Assembly (NCBI GenBank): GCA_965200245.1
Contig: CBDATS010000004.1
Span: 608,001-672,000 of the forward strand
From: a bacterium
Lineage (GTDB): Bacteria; UBA8248
Length of the DNA stretch: 64,000 nucleotides
Direction: 5' to 3'
The first letter of the stretch is position 1. The number at the start of each line of letters is the position of its first letter. The notes beneath the pieces are model-generated. The model saw only the letters and a program-made list of their open reading frames with translations, was not told where the DNA came from and made no database searches. The translations under genes and the position numbers were made by a program. Below are positions 37,967-47,936 of the stretch, one piece after another.

Positions 37967-40900
37967 TCAGGCGTCTCCGATGACGATCAGCAGGTCCTTG
38001 GCATCGACTGTGGTGCCGACCGACGCAACAACCTTCTCAACGACGCCGCCGTGCTCCGCGCGGATCACGGTTTCCATCTTCATCGCCTCGATCGCCGCCA
38101 GCACGTCACCTTCCTCGATCGCTTCGCCTTCTGCGAAGAACACCTTGGTCACCATCCCCGGCATCGGTGCACCGACATGGCCGGTGTTTCCTTCCTCGGC
38201 CTTGGGCAGCGCCACGCCTGAGGCTGCGGCACTGCGGTCAGCGACGCGCACGGTCCTGGGTTGGCCGTTCAACTCGAAGAATACCGTGCATTCGCCCTTC
38301 CGATCAGTCTCGCTCCGCGTAAGGTAGCGAATGAAAAGGGTGCGTCCGCGGTCGATGTCCACGGAGATTTCCTCGCCCGGCTCCATGCCGTAAAAGAAAA
38401 CCGGCGTAGGCAGAACGCTCACATCACTGTATTCGCGCCGCGCGGCGACGTAGTCGGTAAATACCTGGGGATACATCAGCCAGGAGGCGAATTCGACATC
38501 GCTGATGGGGCGTTGGGCCTTTTTTTCGGCTTCCGCGCGTTCAGCTTCGAGATCAGCCTCTGACAACACCGATCCGGGCCGTACGGTAATCGGCTCCCTT
38601 CCTTTGAGTATCTTCTCCTGCAAGGCGCGGGGAAAACCGCCGTGCGGCTGCCCCAGTTCGCCCGCGAACAACGAGACCACCGATTCTGGAAAGGCAATCT
38701 CGCGCTCGGGACTGACCACGTCTTCGGGCGTCAGCCCACCCGTCACCATCATCAACGCCATGTCGCCGACCACCTTGGAGGAGGGCGTCACCTTCACGAT
38801 ATCGCCGAACATGCGGTTTACCTCGGCGAAAGCCCGCGAGACCTCCGGCCATCGCTGGTTGTCGATGCCCAGTGCCCGCGCCTGTTCGCGCAGATTGGTG
38901 TATTGGCCGCCCGGAATTCCGTGGTCGTAGACATCCGACGTGCCGGCGCGGAAATCGCTCTCGAAGTCGCGGTAGAGGTTACGCACCTGCTCCCAATAGG
39001 TGGAGAGCATCATCACCGTATCAGGGTCGATTCCGGGGTCGCGCCCGGAGTGGCGCAAAGCCGCAGTGATCGAACCGAAACTTGGCTGCGAGGTGAGACC
39101 ACTCATCGAATCCATCGCCGCATCCACAGCATCGACCCCGGCCTCCACTGCAGCGAGCACGCTTGCGGCGGAAATTCCGCTGGTATCGTGGGTGTGGAAG
39201 TGGATGGGTATACCGATCTCCTGCTTCAGTGTCTCGACAAGCGTCCGAGCTGCCGCCGGCTTGCAAAGACCCGCCATGTCCTTGAGACCCAGTATATGGG
39301 CACCTGCCGCCTCGAGTTCCCGGGCGAGTGCGACATAGTACTTCAGGTCATACTTGGTGAGGTTGGGATCGGTAATGTCGCCGGTGTAGCAGATCGCCGC
39401 CTCGCAGAGTTTGCCGGTTTCCAGTACCGCATCCATCGCCGTGCGCATGTTCTCGACCCAGTTGAGCGAATCGAAGATGCGGAAAAGGTCGATCCCGTTC
39501 TCGGCCGACCGGCGCACGAAATAGCGTACCACGTTGTCGGGGTAAGTGGTGTAGCCGACGCCGTTCGACGCGCGCAGGAGCATCTGGGTCAGGATGTTGG
39601 GCATCGCGGCGCGCAGCCGTTCCAGCCACGCCCAGGGACATTCATTGAGAAAGCGCATCGCCACGTCGAAGGTAGCACCTCCCCAGCATTCGACCGAGAA
39701 AAGCCGGGGCAGCAACCGCGCATAGACCGGCGCGATGGCGACCAGGTCGTAACTGCGGACCCGTGTCGCCAGAAGCGACTGATGCGCGTCCCGGAACGTG
39801 GTGTCGGTCATCAGCACCTGTTCCTGATCGAGCATCCACTGGGCGAAAGCCTCGGGCCCGAGGGCATCGAACAACTGGCGCGAACCATCCTGAACCCCGA
39901 CGCCGGAGACTTCCGGCACGTTCGGAGTCTGGTGCGTCGGCGGTTCGGGCCGTCCCTCGACGGCGCCGTTGCCGTTCACGATCACGTTCCCCAGATAACG
40001 CAGCAACCGCGTCGCGCGGTCTCGCCTGTAGGCGAAGGTGAACAGTTCTGGCGTCTCGTCGACGAAGCGCGTCGTGCAGGCACCTTCCAGAAACTGGCGA
40101 TGGCCGATGACGTTTTCCAAAAAGGCGAGGTTGGTGGCGACACCGCGGATACGGAATTCGCGAATCGAGCGGTCCATCCGCCGGATCGCCTCCTCGAACG
40201 TCGGCGCCCAAACCGTCACCTTCTCCAGCAGCGAATCGTAGAACGGCGTAATTCGCGCGCCCGAATAGGCTGTGCCGCCGTCCAGGCGCACATCGAACCC
40301 GGTAGCACCGCGATAGGCGGTGAGCACGCCGTAATCCGGAATGAAATTGTTTTCCGGATCCTCCGTGGTCACCCGGCACTGCATGGCGTGACCGTTCACC
40401 CGAATCTCGTCCTGGCCCGGGATTTCGCTATCAGGCGCGCCGATAGCGGCTCCGCCTGCGATGCGGATTTGCGCCTTCACCAGATCCACTCCGGTCACCA
40501 TCTCGGTGACCGTATGTTCCACCTGGATGCGCGGGTTCACTTCGATGAAGTGGAACGAACCGGTGTCATCGTCGACCAGAAACTCGACGGTCCCTGCGTT
40601 ATTGTAGCCTACCGCGCGGCCTATTCTGAGCGCACTCTCGTGGATCGCCGCACGGGTCGCCTCGTCGAGATAATGTGCCGGTGCCTGCTCGACGATCTTC
40701 TGGTTGCGCCGCTGCACCGAACAGTCCCGCTCGTGGAGATGGACAAGGTTGCCGTGATTGTCGCCGAGTATCTGGACCTCTACGTGCCGTGCGTGGCGAA
40801 TCAGCTTTTCGAGATACACCTCGTCATTCCCGAATGCCGCCAGGCACTCGCGTCGCGCGGCTTCGACCGCATCGGCGAATTCGGCCTCGTTCTCGATCGT

Positions 40901-41431
40901 GCGCATACCGCGCCCGCCGCCGCCCCAACTCGCCTTCAGCATGACGGGAAAACCCACCTCCCGGGCGAGGTGCGCGGCCTCTTGCCGGTCGTGCGGGAGC
41001 GGGCCAGTCGCAGGCACCACCGGAACTTCCGCCGACAGTGCTATCTCCCGCGCCGCCACCTTGTTGCCGAGCGCGCGCATTATCTCGGGCCTGGGACCGA
41101 CGAGGACGATTCCTGCGTCCGCGCAAGCTTCGGAGAACTCGGGATTCTCGGCCAGGAAGCCGTATCCGGGGTGGATCGCATCGGCAGCGTTCTCGCGCGC
41201 AACGCGGATCACCTCGTCGATGCTGAGATAGGCCTCGATCGGACCCATGCCCCGGCCTATCAGATAGGCTTCATCGGCCTTGAAGCGATGAAGCGCGAAG
41301 CGATCCTCCTGCGAGTAGATCGCGATTGTCGCGATGCCGAGTTCGACCGAGGCGCGAAACACGCGAATGGCGATTTCGCTCCGGTTGGCGACCAGGAGCC
41401 GACGGAAATTTGTCTGCCGCTGGTTGATCAT
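37967..41431 (-). CDS. pyc: Pyruvate carboxylase
   Basis: Biotin carboxylase (ANRSEIAIR, HPGYGFLAEN), carboxyltransferase (RDAHQSL, KDMAG, HTHDT), biotinyl EAMKME. Confidence 0.97.
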   Translation of the reverse strand: MINQRQTNFRRLLVANRSEIAIRVFRASVELGIATIAIYSQEDRFALHRFKADEAYLIGRGMGPIEAYLSIDEVIRVARENAADAIHPGYGFLAENPEFSEACADAGIVLVGPRPEIMRALGNKVAAREIALSAEVPVVPATGPLPHDRQEAAHLAREVGFPVMLKASWGGGGRGMRTIENEAEFADAVEAARRECLAAFGNDEVYLEKLIRHARHVEVQILGDNHGNLVHLHERDCSVQRRNQKIVEQAPAHYLDEATRAAIHESALRIGRAVGYNNAGTVEFLVDDDTGSFHFIEVNPRIQVEHTVTEMVTGVDLVKAQIRIAGGAAIGAPDSEIPGQDEIRVNGHAMQCRVTTEDPENNFIPDYGVLTAYRGATGFDVRLDGGTAYSGARITPFYDSLLEKVTVWAPTFEEAIRRMDRSIREFRIRGVATNLAFLENVIGHRQFLEGACTTRFVDETPELFTFAYRRDRATRLLRYLGNVIVNGNGAVEGRPEPPTHQTPNVPEVSGVGVQDGSRQLFDALGPEAFAQWMLDQEQVLMTDTTFRDAHQSLLATRVRSYDLVAIAPVYARLLPRLFSVECWGGATFDVAMRFLNECPWAWLERLRAAMPNILTQMLLRASNGVGYTTYPDNVVRYFVRRSAENGIDLFRIFDSLNWVENMRTAMDAVLETGKLCEAAICYTGDITDPNLTKYDLKYYVALARELEAAGAHILGLKDMAGLCKPAAARTLVETLKQEIGIPIHFHTHDTSGISAASVLAAVEAGVDAVDAAMDSMSGLTSQPSFGSITAALRHSGRDPGIDPDTVMMLSTYWEQVRNLYRDFESDFRAGTSDVYDHGIPGGQYTNLREQARALGIDNQRWPEVSRAFAEVNRMFGDIVKVTPSSKVVGDMALMMVTGGLTPEDVVSPEREIAFPESVVSLFAGELGQPHGGFPRALQEKILKGREPITVRPGSVLSEADLEAERAEAEKKAQRPISDVEFASWLMYPQVFTDYVAARREYSDVSVLPTPVFFYGMEPGEEISVDIDRGRTLFIRYLTRSETDRKGECTVFFELNGQPRTVRVADRSAAASGVALPKAEEGNTGHVGAPMPGMVTKVFFAEGEAIEEGDVLAAIEAMKMETVIRAEHGGVVEKVVASVGTTVDAKDLLIVIGDA

Positions 41432-42157
41432 GACACCCCCTCTGCGCCTGAGCGGAACTTCTGCCCACATGTTCACGGTTCTGATTCCAGCAAACGTCCG
41501 GGCCGGTTGGCTCCTCGTGAATCATCGGACCTGATACATGCTTCAAACCGGTGTCCACATGGCTCAGAGGCCAAACCGTCGATGCGTCACATCCATTACG
41601 GCAAGGACCCGGGCACTCCTGATCCTGAAACCAGTCCGCGTCAGTTCTTCCCCGTGAATACCAAGAACCGGCTCTGGATGCATTCTCACATGTTGCCGCA
41701 CGACCAGCCATCGTCGCATCGGGAAAGTCCGGCCCGGCGCGGACGAGAAATGCATTCGCCACTTCACATATTGTCCCATCGTGCCACCTGATTCCGGTGA
41801 ATGCCCAGGAAACCGGAAAGCGCGATCCTGCCCCTGCTCATCAGTCCCTGCTCGTTAATCTATCTTGCAATCACAGTTTCACACATTGCACGAGAAGACA
41901 CCAAATACGCTTGACCCATCGTATGTGGAATCATCATCCTTTTGGCGAGCGTACTCCCTGCGAACGGGCGCAACCTCATCACGAATCTTCATCGCCACCG
42001 GACGTGCCAAGCCCTGCCGCATCGGACAGCGCAGCAAATCATGCCGAGGGGAAAGTGCAGTTTGCGGTTCAAATCCCCGGGTTTCCCTCTTATCGAAGGG
42101 GAGCGCTCTGTACAGGAGAACCTCTTCTCCCTTCAAATCCCGTTGGCGCTTGCTGCC

Positions 42158-44531
42158 CTACTCCAGCACGTCCCTGCACGCCTGCTCGATGTGTGCCTGG
42201 CCGATCTGGAGGGCGTCGTAGACCTCATGGGGAAGGCCGCTCTGGCCAAACTGATCCGTGCCGAGGCATCTTTGCTCAGCCCCAAGCGCACCACCGAGAA
42301 ACGAGAGCGCGAGCGAGTGGCCGTCCAGTACAGAGACGATGGGATTATCGATGTGCGCATTGCCCACCATCATCTCGAGACGTGACAGGCGGCCTGCTTT
42401 TTTCGCCTTTTTGTGCTCGGCGTATATTCTGTCCGCGCTCGTTAGCACGAAAACGTTCGCGTATACACCCTCATCCAGCAGCGAGCGGGCGGCGGTAATG
42501 ACTTCGGGCGTCATCACCCCGCTCACGAAGAGGTTCACCGCATTCACACCCGCGCGGTAACCGGGTTGGTCCCTGGCCGAGTGGAGCAGGTAGCCGCCTT
42601 CCAGTGTATTTCGACGCAGCACCTCGCGCTTCATCGGGTCCTGAAGCCAGTCTTCCGGCAGGAGATTCTGATCGATCGACTTCGTGCTCAGGCGAAGATA
42701 GAAGGCCGGGCAATCGCCCTCGCCCAGAACACGGCCGATAGCCGAGAGAAGCAGCCACTCCACCTCGACGGCGAAGGTCGGTTCGCAGGCTTCGAGCCCC
42801 GGCATTTCCAGGGATATGGCGGGCGTCAGGATACTCTGGTGCGCGCCTCCTTCCGGGGACAGGCTCGTGCCGCTCGGCGTCGCCACCACGATGAAGCGCC
42901 CCCCGTTATAAACCGCGTAGCGAAGTGCATCGAGACAACGGCTGATGAAAGTATCGTAGACCGTACCGATCGGGCAGATGCGCACCCCGCAAAGCTCCCT
43001 CGAAACGCCGAAGGCGGCGAGCAGGAGCATAAGGTTGTTTTCCGATATCCCCAGTTCGATGTGCTGGCCCGCAGGCGATTCCTCCCACTTGAGGAGCCTT
43101 TGCACCTGCTGGAGGGCAAAGAAATCCGCCTTGCCTTCCGGGTGATACACGCCGCGCCGGTTGATCCACCCCCCCCAGGTTTGTGCTCACCGCCACGTCG
43201 GGCGAGGTCGTGACGATGTGGCGCGCAAGCGCATCCTCCCTTGCCAGGCGCGCCATGATGGCGCCGAATGCCTCCTGCGTGGAAATGTCTGAGGCGAAGT
43301 TCGAGCCCATTTCCTCGGGTACGGGGTCGGGGATTATCTCTTCCCTTTCGAGGGTGGCCCGTGCATCGTAGCGCGCAACAGCCGCCTCGACCGCGCGGGC
43401 TTCCGCGCTTCCCGTCACGAGGGGCGCGAGCTCCTCTCCCTCATTCAGGCCCGTGGAATCGCGAAGTTCCGCGATTTGGACGCCGGTCAGGAGTTGGGAG
43501 TGGTTCATCGGATCGCCCGCGATGGGAAGTCCCCAGCCCTTGATGGTGTAGGCGAGGATCATCACGGGCTTGTCCTGAACGCCGTCCGCCTCCTCCAGGG
43601 CTTCCAGGATACACTCGATATCATGGCCCCCAAGGTCCGATAAGAGGGCGGGTAATTCCTCGTCCGCGTAGCGGTCCAGAAGTCCCTCGAGGCCCCTGTA
43701 ATCGTCAACCTCACCGCGTGTGAGGCCCTCTCTTATCTCGCGCCCATTTCTCCCGATGAGACTCTGGTACTCGCCGTTCGACATGTCGTCGATGCGTCGC
43801 CTCAGAGACTCGCCGTTTCGAAGCGCAAAAGCGGCTTGCAAGCGCTTTCCGTACTTGAGTTCCACCACGTGCCAGCCGTGCAGGCGAAACTGATCGCGAA
43901 TCTGCTGTGCCTTGCCGTCGGGCACGACACGGTCGAGACTCTGGCGGTTCAGGTCCACCACCCAGATGACGTTGCCTAGGTGCGCGACGTATTCCTCCGC
44001 CAGTGCCTCCCAGATGTTTCCCTCATCGAGTTCGGCATCCCCCACCAGGGAGATGAAACGCTGCGGCGGACCTTCGCCGAAATGATCGTCGATATAGGAC
44101 TGCATGAGCGCGGCGAACGAGGCGGCGACCGAGGGTAGCCCCAGCGAGCCGGTGGTGAAATCGACGGGGCATTCATCCTTCGTGCGACTCGGGTAGGCCT
44201 GCAAGCCTCCGAAGGCGCGGAGGTCGTGCAGACGTTCCATCGGCAAATCGCCCCTCAGCGCATGGGCCGCGTGAAGGGCGGGCGATGCCTGGGGCTTGAT
44301 GGCCAACCTGTCCCCCGTCTTGAGCCAGCGGAAGAACATGGCCGTCAGCAGGCTCACCACCGAGGACGAACTCGCCTGGTGACCGCCTATCTTGATCGCC
44401 TTGGAACCCGGGCGCAGGTTATTCGCGTAATGCACACTGTAGGTGGAAAGCCAGAGCAGCCGCTTCTCGATGCGGCGCAGAATGTCTGCTTCGTCCTGTT
44501 CAACGGCGTTCGTTTCTGGCGGAGGGTTCAC
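42158..44531 (-). pseudogene. Pyruvate dehydrogenase E1 / transketolase-like ThDP enzyme, frameshifted at a G8 run (43169-43176)
   Basis: GGHQASS, GDAELDEG, TIKGWG in the first half; ELGISENN, EGGAHQS, FGQSG in the second half. Confidence 0.85.
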
Positions 44532-44566
44532 GCCGGTCTCTCCCTCGGGAGTCCGGGGTCAGTGGA

Positions 44567-45277
44567 TTATCCGCGCACCCCGATGTGAAGCTCGGCGATG
44601 CCGCCCGTCATGGGGCGATGGCTCACCTCGCGAAAGCCCGCATCACGCATCATCAACGAGAGCCTCTCTGCTTCCGGAAATTCATATACCGTGTTTGGAA
44701 GATAAGTATACGCGCTTCGGTGTGCGGATACGAGCCTCCCCACCACCGGAAGGAGCAGCCGGAAATAAAACAGATACAACAACCCGAACAAACCCTCCGG
44801 GTGGCCGAATTCCAGAACCACGAGCCTGCCGCCCTCTTTCAATACGCGCCGCATCTCGGCCAGGCCCGCTTCCCTGTCCTCGAAATTCCGCAGGCCGAAC
44901 GCGATGACGACACCATCGAACGCGGCATCCTGAAAAGGAAGTCTCAGCCCATCCCCCTGAATCAGGGCCAGGGGAACACCCCGCTTCTCCGCTTTCGCCT
45001 TTCCGCGCACAAGCATGGGATAGGCGAAATCAACACCGACGATGATCGCCCCACCTCCCGCCTGTCGATGCACTTCCAGCGCGACATCCGCCGTTCCCGT
45101 TGCCAGATCAAGAAAGCGGGCATCCGTTCCACCCGAATCGTTCAAGAGACCAGCCACGGCGCGCGCGCGCCAGAGGCGATCCACACCGAAACTCAGAAGG
45201 CGATTCAGGAGGTCGTACGTGGGCGCGATGTCCGAGAACATCGCCTGAACCTGCTTTTTCTCGATGCGGGTCGGCAC
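44567..45277 (-). CDS. ubiE: Demethylmenaquinone methyltransferase (UbiE/MenG)
   Basis: MFSDIAPTYDLLN, LDLATGTADVA, FGLRN, RVLKEGG. Confidence 0.93.
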   Translation of the reverse strand: MPTRIEKKQVQAMFSDIAPTYDLLNRLLSFGVDRLWRARAVAGLLNDSGGTDARFLDLATGTADVALEVHRQAGGGAIIVGVDFAYPMLVRGKAKAEKRGVPLALIQGDGLRLPFQDAAFDGVVIAFGLRNFEDREAGLAEMRRVLKEGGRLVVLEFGHPEGLFGLLYLFYFRLLLPVVGRLVSAHRSAYTYLPNTVYEFPEAERLSLMMRDAGFREVSHRPMTGGIAELHIGVRG

Positions 45278-45285
45278 GGGCGCAT

Positions 45286-46164
45286 TCAGCCTGCGCGGAT
45301 GAGCACGTCAGTGATGGCACCCGCCGCGATGACGACGGACACCCAGGCGTTCAAATTGAAAAACGATATGTCCACGCGGCTCAAGTCGTCGGGCCGCACG
45401 ATCCAGTGCTCCCAGAAGAGGAGACATCCCGCAACCACAAGCGCTATCCAGTAGAACGGTCCCGAGCCGAACGCAACACCCGCGACAAGGAAGCAGGCCA
45501 TCATCCCCAGATGAGCGAGCACAGAGACGATGAGCGCGCCTTTCACGCCCAGAAGGCACGGCAGGGAATAGATGTTCTCCTCGCTGTCGAAATCCACGTC
45601 CAGACAGGAGTATATGAGGTCGAAACCTCCCACCCAGAGGGTGACGCCCAGGAAGAGCAAGACGGCCACCAGGCGCAGGTCGCCTCGAACGGCCACCCAT
45701 GCCCCCGCAGGCGCACATCCCAGCACGAAACCCAGGAACAGGTGCGTCCAGGAGGTGAAACGCTTGGAAAAGCTGTAGAAGACGATACAGGCCGCGACGG
45801 CGAAAGAAAGCACGAACGCCAGGGGATTCAGCATCCAGGCGGAGAATATGAAGAGTGCCAGAAAGCCCGCCAGCATCAAGAGGATGGATTTCGAGTGGAG
45901 CAACGCCTGAAACTCGGCGCGGTCTTTCGTCCTCGGATTTCTGGGATCGATATCCCTGTCGGCGAAGCGGTTGAGTGACATGGCGAAATTGCGCGCACTC
46001 ACCGCCGCAATCACCATCCAGAACAGCACCCAGGCGGAAGGAATCCCACATTCGGCCATCACGCCGCCCATCAGCACGAATGGAAGACCGAAGATGGTGT
46101 GTTCGAACTTCACCATGCGCAGGAGTTGCCTGAAACTTCCGAGCACCGATACTTCAGCCGCCAA
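45286..46164 (-). CDS. UbiA-like prenyltransferase (futalosine-pathway MqnP type)
   Basis: KFEHTIFGLPF, NRFADRDID-RNPRT, GFDLIYSCLD. Confidence 0.9.
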   Translation of the reverse strand: MAAEVSVLGSFRQLLRMVKFEHTIFGLPFVLMGGVMAECGIPSAWVLFWMVIAAVSARNFAMSLNRFADRDIDPRNPRTKDRAEFQALLHSKSILLMLAGFLALFIFSAWMLNPLAFVLSFAVAACIVFYSFSKRFTSWTHLFLGFVLGCAPAGAWVAVRGDLRLVAVLLFLGVTLWVGGFDLIYSCLDVDFDSEENIYSLPCLLGVKGALIVSVLAHLGMMACFLVAGVAFGSGPFYWIALVVAGCLLFWEHWIVRPDDLSRVDISFFNLNAWVSVVIAAGAITDVLIRAG

Positions 46165-47617
46165 GGCCGTACTCCTCCCACCGCCTCGTGACGCGTTCCT
46201 TTATCTCGTCCGTCATCACGATCTCGGGCGGCCATTCGCGTTCGAAACCCTCGGACGCCCACTTGCGCGTACCGTCCACGCCCACCTTGCTGCCCACGTG
46301 GAGACGCGGCGCGGCGTGTTCGAGTGCGTCCACGGGGCCGTCGACGAATACCATGTCGCGCCTCGGGTCGATGCTGCCGAGCACCTTCCAGGAGACCTCG
46401 CTCATGTCGTGCACGTTCACGTCCTCATCCACGATCACGATGACCTTCGCCAGCGCCATCTGGCCCATTCCCCAGAGGGCATACATCACTTTCCGTGCGT
46501 GGTAGGGATAGGCTTTCCGGATGGAGACGATCACCATGTTGTGGAACACGCCCTCGGCGGGCATGTGCACATCCACGATTTCGGGCAACTGCATCTTCAT
46601 CAGCGGCAGGAAGATGCGCCCCGTCGCGCCGCCGAGCCAGTAGTCTTCCATCGGCGGGCGGCCCACGATGGTGGTGGGGTAGATGGCATCCCGCTTTCTC
46701 GTGATGGCCGTGACGTGAAAGACGGGATAATCGTCCGCCAAGGAATACCAGCCCGTGTGATCGCCGAAAGGTCCCTCCTCCCTCAATTCGCCCGGGTTCA
46801 GGTAACCCTCCACCACGATGTCCGAATCTGCGGGAACCTCCACGTCCACCGTCCTGCACTTGACGAGTTCGGCGCTCTTCCGCCTCAGGAAACCGGCCAG
46901 GTTCAATTCATCTATCGCGGGCGGAAGCGGCGCACTTGCCGCATAGACGTAGACGGGATCACCTCCCAAAGCTATCGCCATCTCCATGCGCGCGCCCATC
47001 TTCGAGCTTTCCTGAAAGTTCTGCGCCCCGTCGTGATGGAGATGCATGTGCATACCCGCGGTCGTCTCGTCAAAAAGCTGTACGCGATAGAGGCCCACAT
47101 TGCGCCTGCCCGTCCGGGGGTTTCGTGAGTAGATGTGCCCGAAAGTAATGTAACGTCCTGCGTCCTCGGGCCAGCATTTGATGGCGGGAATCGAGAAGAG
47201 GTTCGGGTTTTCAGTCTCCACGATCTCCTGGCACGGGGCCGTGCCCACCGTTTTTGGGGAGAAGGATGCGAGCCGCGCGAGCTTGGGCAGCATCTTCACC
47301 TTCTCGATGATACCCTGGGGCGGCTTGATCTCCAGAAGCTCGGCCACCTCGTCCGCAACCGCTTCCATACTATCGACGCCCAGGGCCATTTTCATTCGCG
47401 CATCCGAGGCATAGGCGTTGATGAGGACGGGAACGCCGTATTCTTCGCCACCCGGGCCGACGGGTTTTTCGAACAGAAGTGCCGGGCCGCCGTTTTTCAC
47501 CGAGCGGTCGGCTATCTCGGTGATCTCGAGTTCCAACTCCACCGGTACCTTGACGCGGCGCAGTTCGCCCGCCCGTTCCAGGGAATCGACGAAATCTCTG
47601 AGGGAAGCGTACGCCAT
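46154..47617 (-). CDS. UbiD-family menaquinone biosynthesis decarboxylase
   Basis: ELEITEI, GPALLF, EGPFGDHTGWY, GRPPMED. Confidence 0.93.
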   Translation of the reverse strand: MAYASLRDFVDSLERAGELRRVKVPVELELEITEIADRSVKNGGPALLFEKPVGPGGEEYGVPVLINAYASDARMKMALGVDSMEAVADEVAELLEIKPPQGIIEKVKMLPKLARLASFSPKTVGTAPCQEIVETENPNLFSIPAIKCWPEDAGRYITFGHIYSRNPRTGRRNVGLYRVQLFDETTAGMHMHLHHDGAQNFQESSKMGARMEMAIALGGDPVYVYAASAPLPPAIDELNLAGFLRRKSAELVKCRTVDVEVPADSDIVVEGYLNPGELREEGPFGDHTGWYSLADDYPVFHVTAITRKRDAIYPTTIVGRPPMEDYWLGGATGRIFLPLMKMQLPEIVDVHMPAEGVFHNMVIVSIRKAYPYHARKVMYALWGMGQMALAKVIVIVDEDVNVHDMSEVSWKVLGSIDPRRDMVFVDGPVDALEHAAPRLHVGSKVGVDGTRKWASEGFEREWPPEIVMTDEIKERVTRRWEEYGLGG

Positions 47618-47630
47618 TTTTTCCGGGAAA

Positions 47631-47918
47631 CTACTCGATGACCCTGGGGACGCGGAAGTGGCCCTTTGCAAAATCGGGTGCCATCTTTTCCATATTCTCG
47701 ATGGGGGACTCGGTGACTTCGTCCTCGCGGAACACGTTCACGATGTCGAGGACATGCGAAGTGGGCTCCACATCCTCGGTGTCCACCTCGTTCAACTTGG
47801 CGATATGCTCCAGAATGGCGCCCAGCTGTTCGGTGAACTTCCCGATCTCGTCCTCCTGCAGTTCCAGCCTCGCCAGTCTGGACACGTGGATCACGTCTTC
47901 ACGCGATATGGACATCAT
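47631..47918 (-). CDS. gatC: Asp/Glu-tRNA amidotransferase subunit C
   Basis: ISREDV-HV-RLARL, VEPTSH, FRED, FRVPRVIE. Confidence 0.95.
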   Translation of the reverse strand: MMSISREDVIHVSRLARLELQEDEIGKFTEQLGAILEHIAKLNEVDTEDVEPTSHVLDIVNVFREDEVTESPIENMEKMAPDFAKGHFRVPRVIE

Positions 47919-47936
47919 ATTCTCCTCCTGCTGCCC

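Noticed and set aside
38642-41791. 1049-aa plus-strand ORF
   Set aside because: Antisense shadow of pyruvate carboxylase in high-GC DNA, with no recognisable motifs. The same applies to the other long antisense ORFs (e.g. 9994-11013, 46 kb, 59493-61046).
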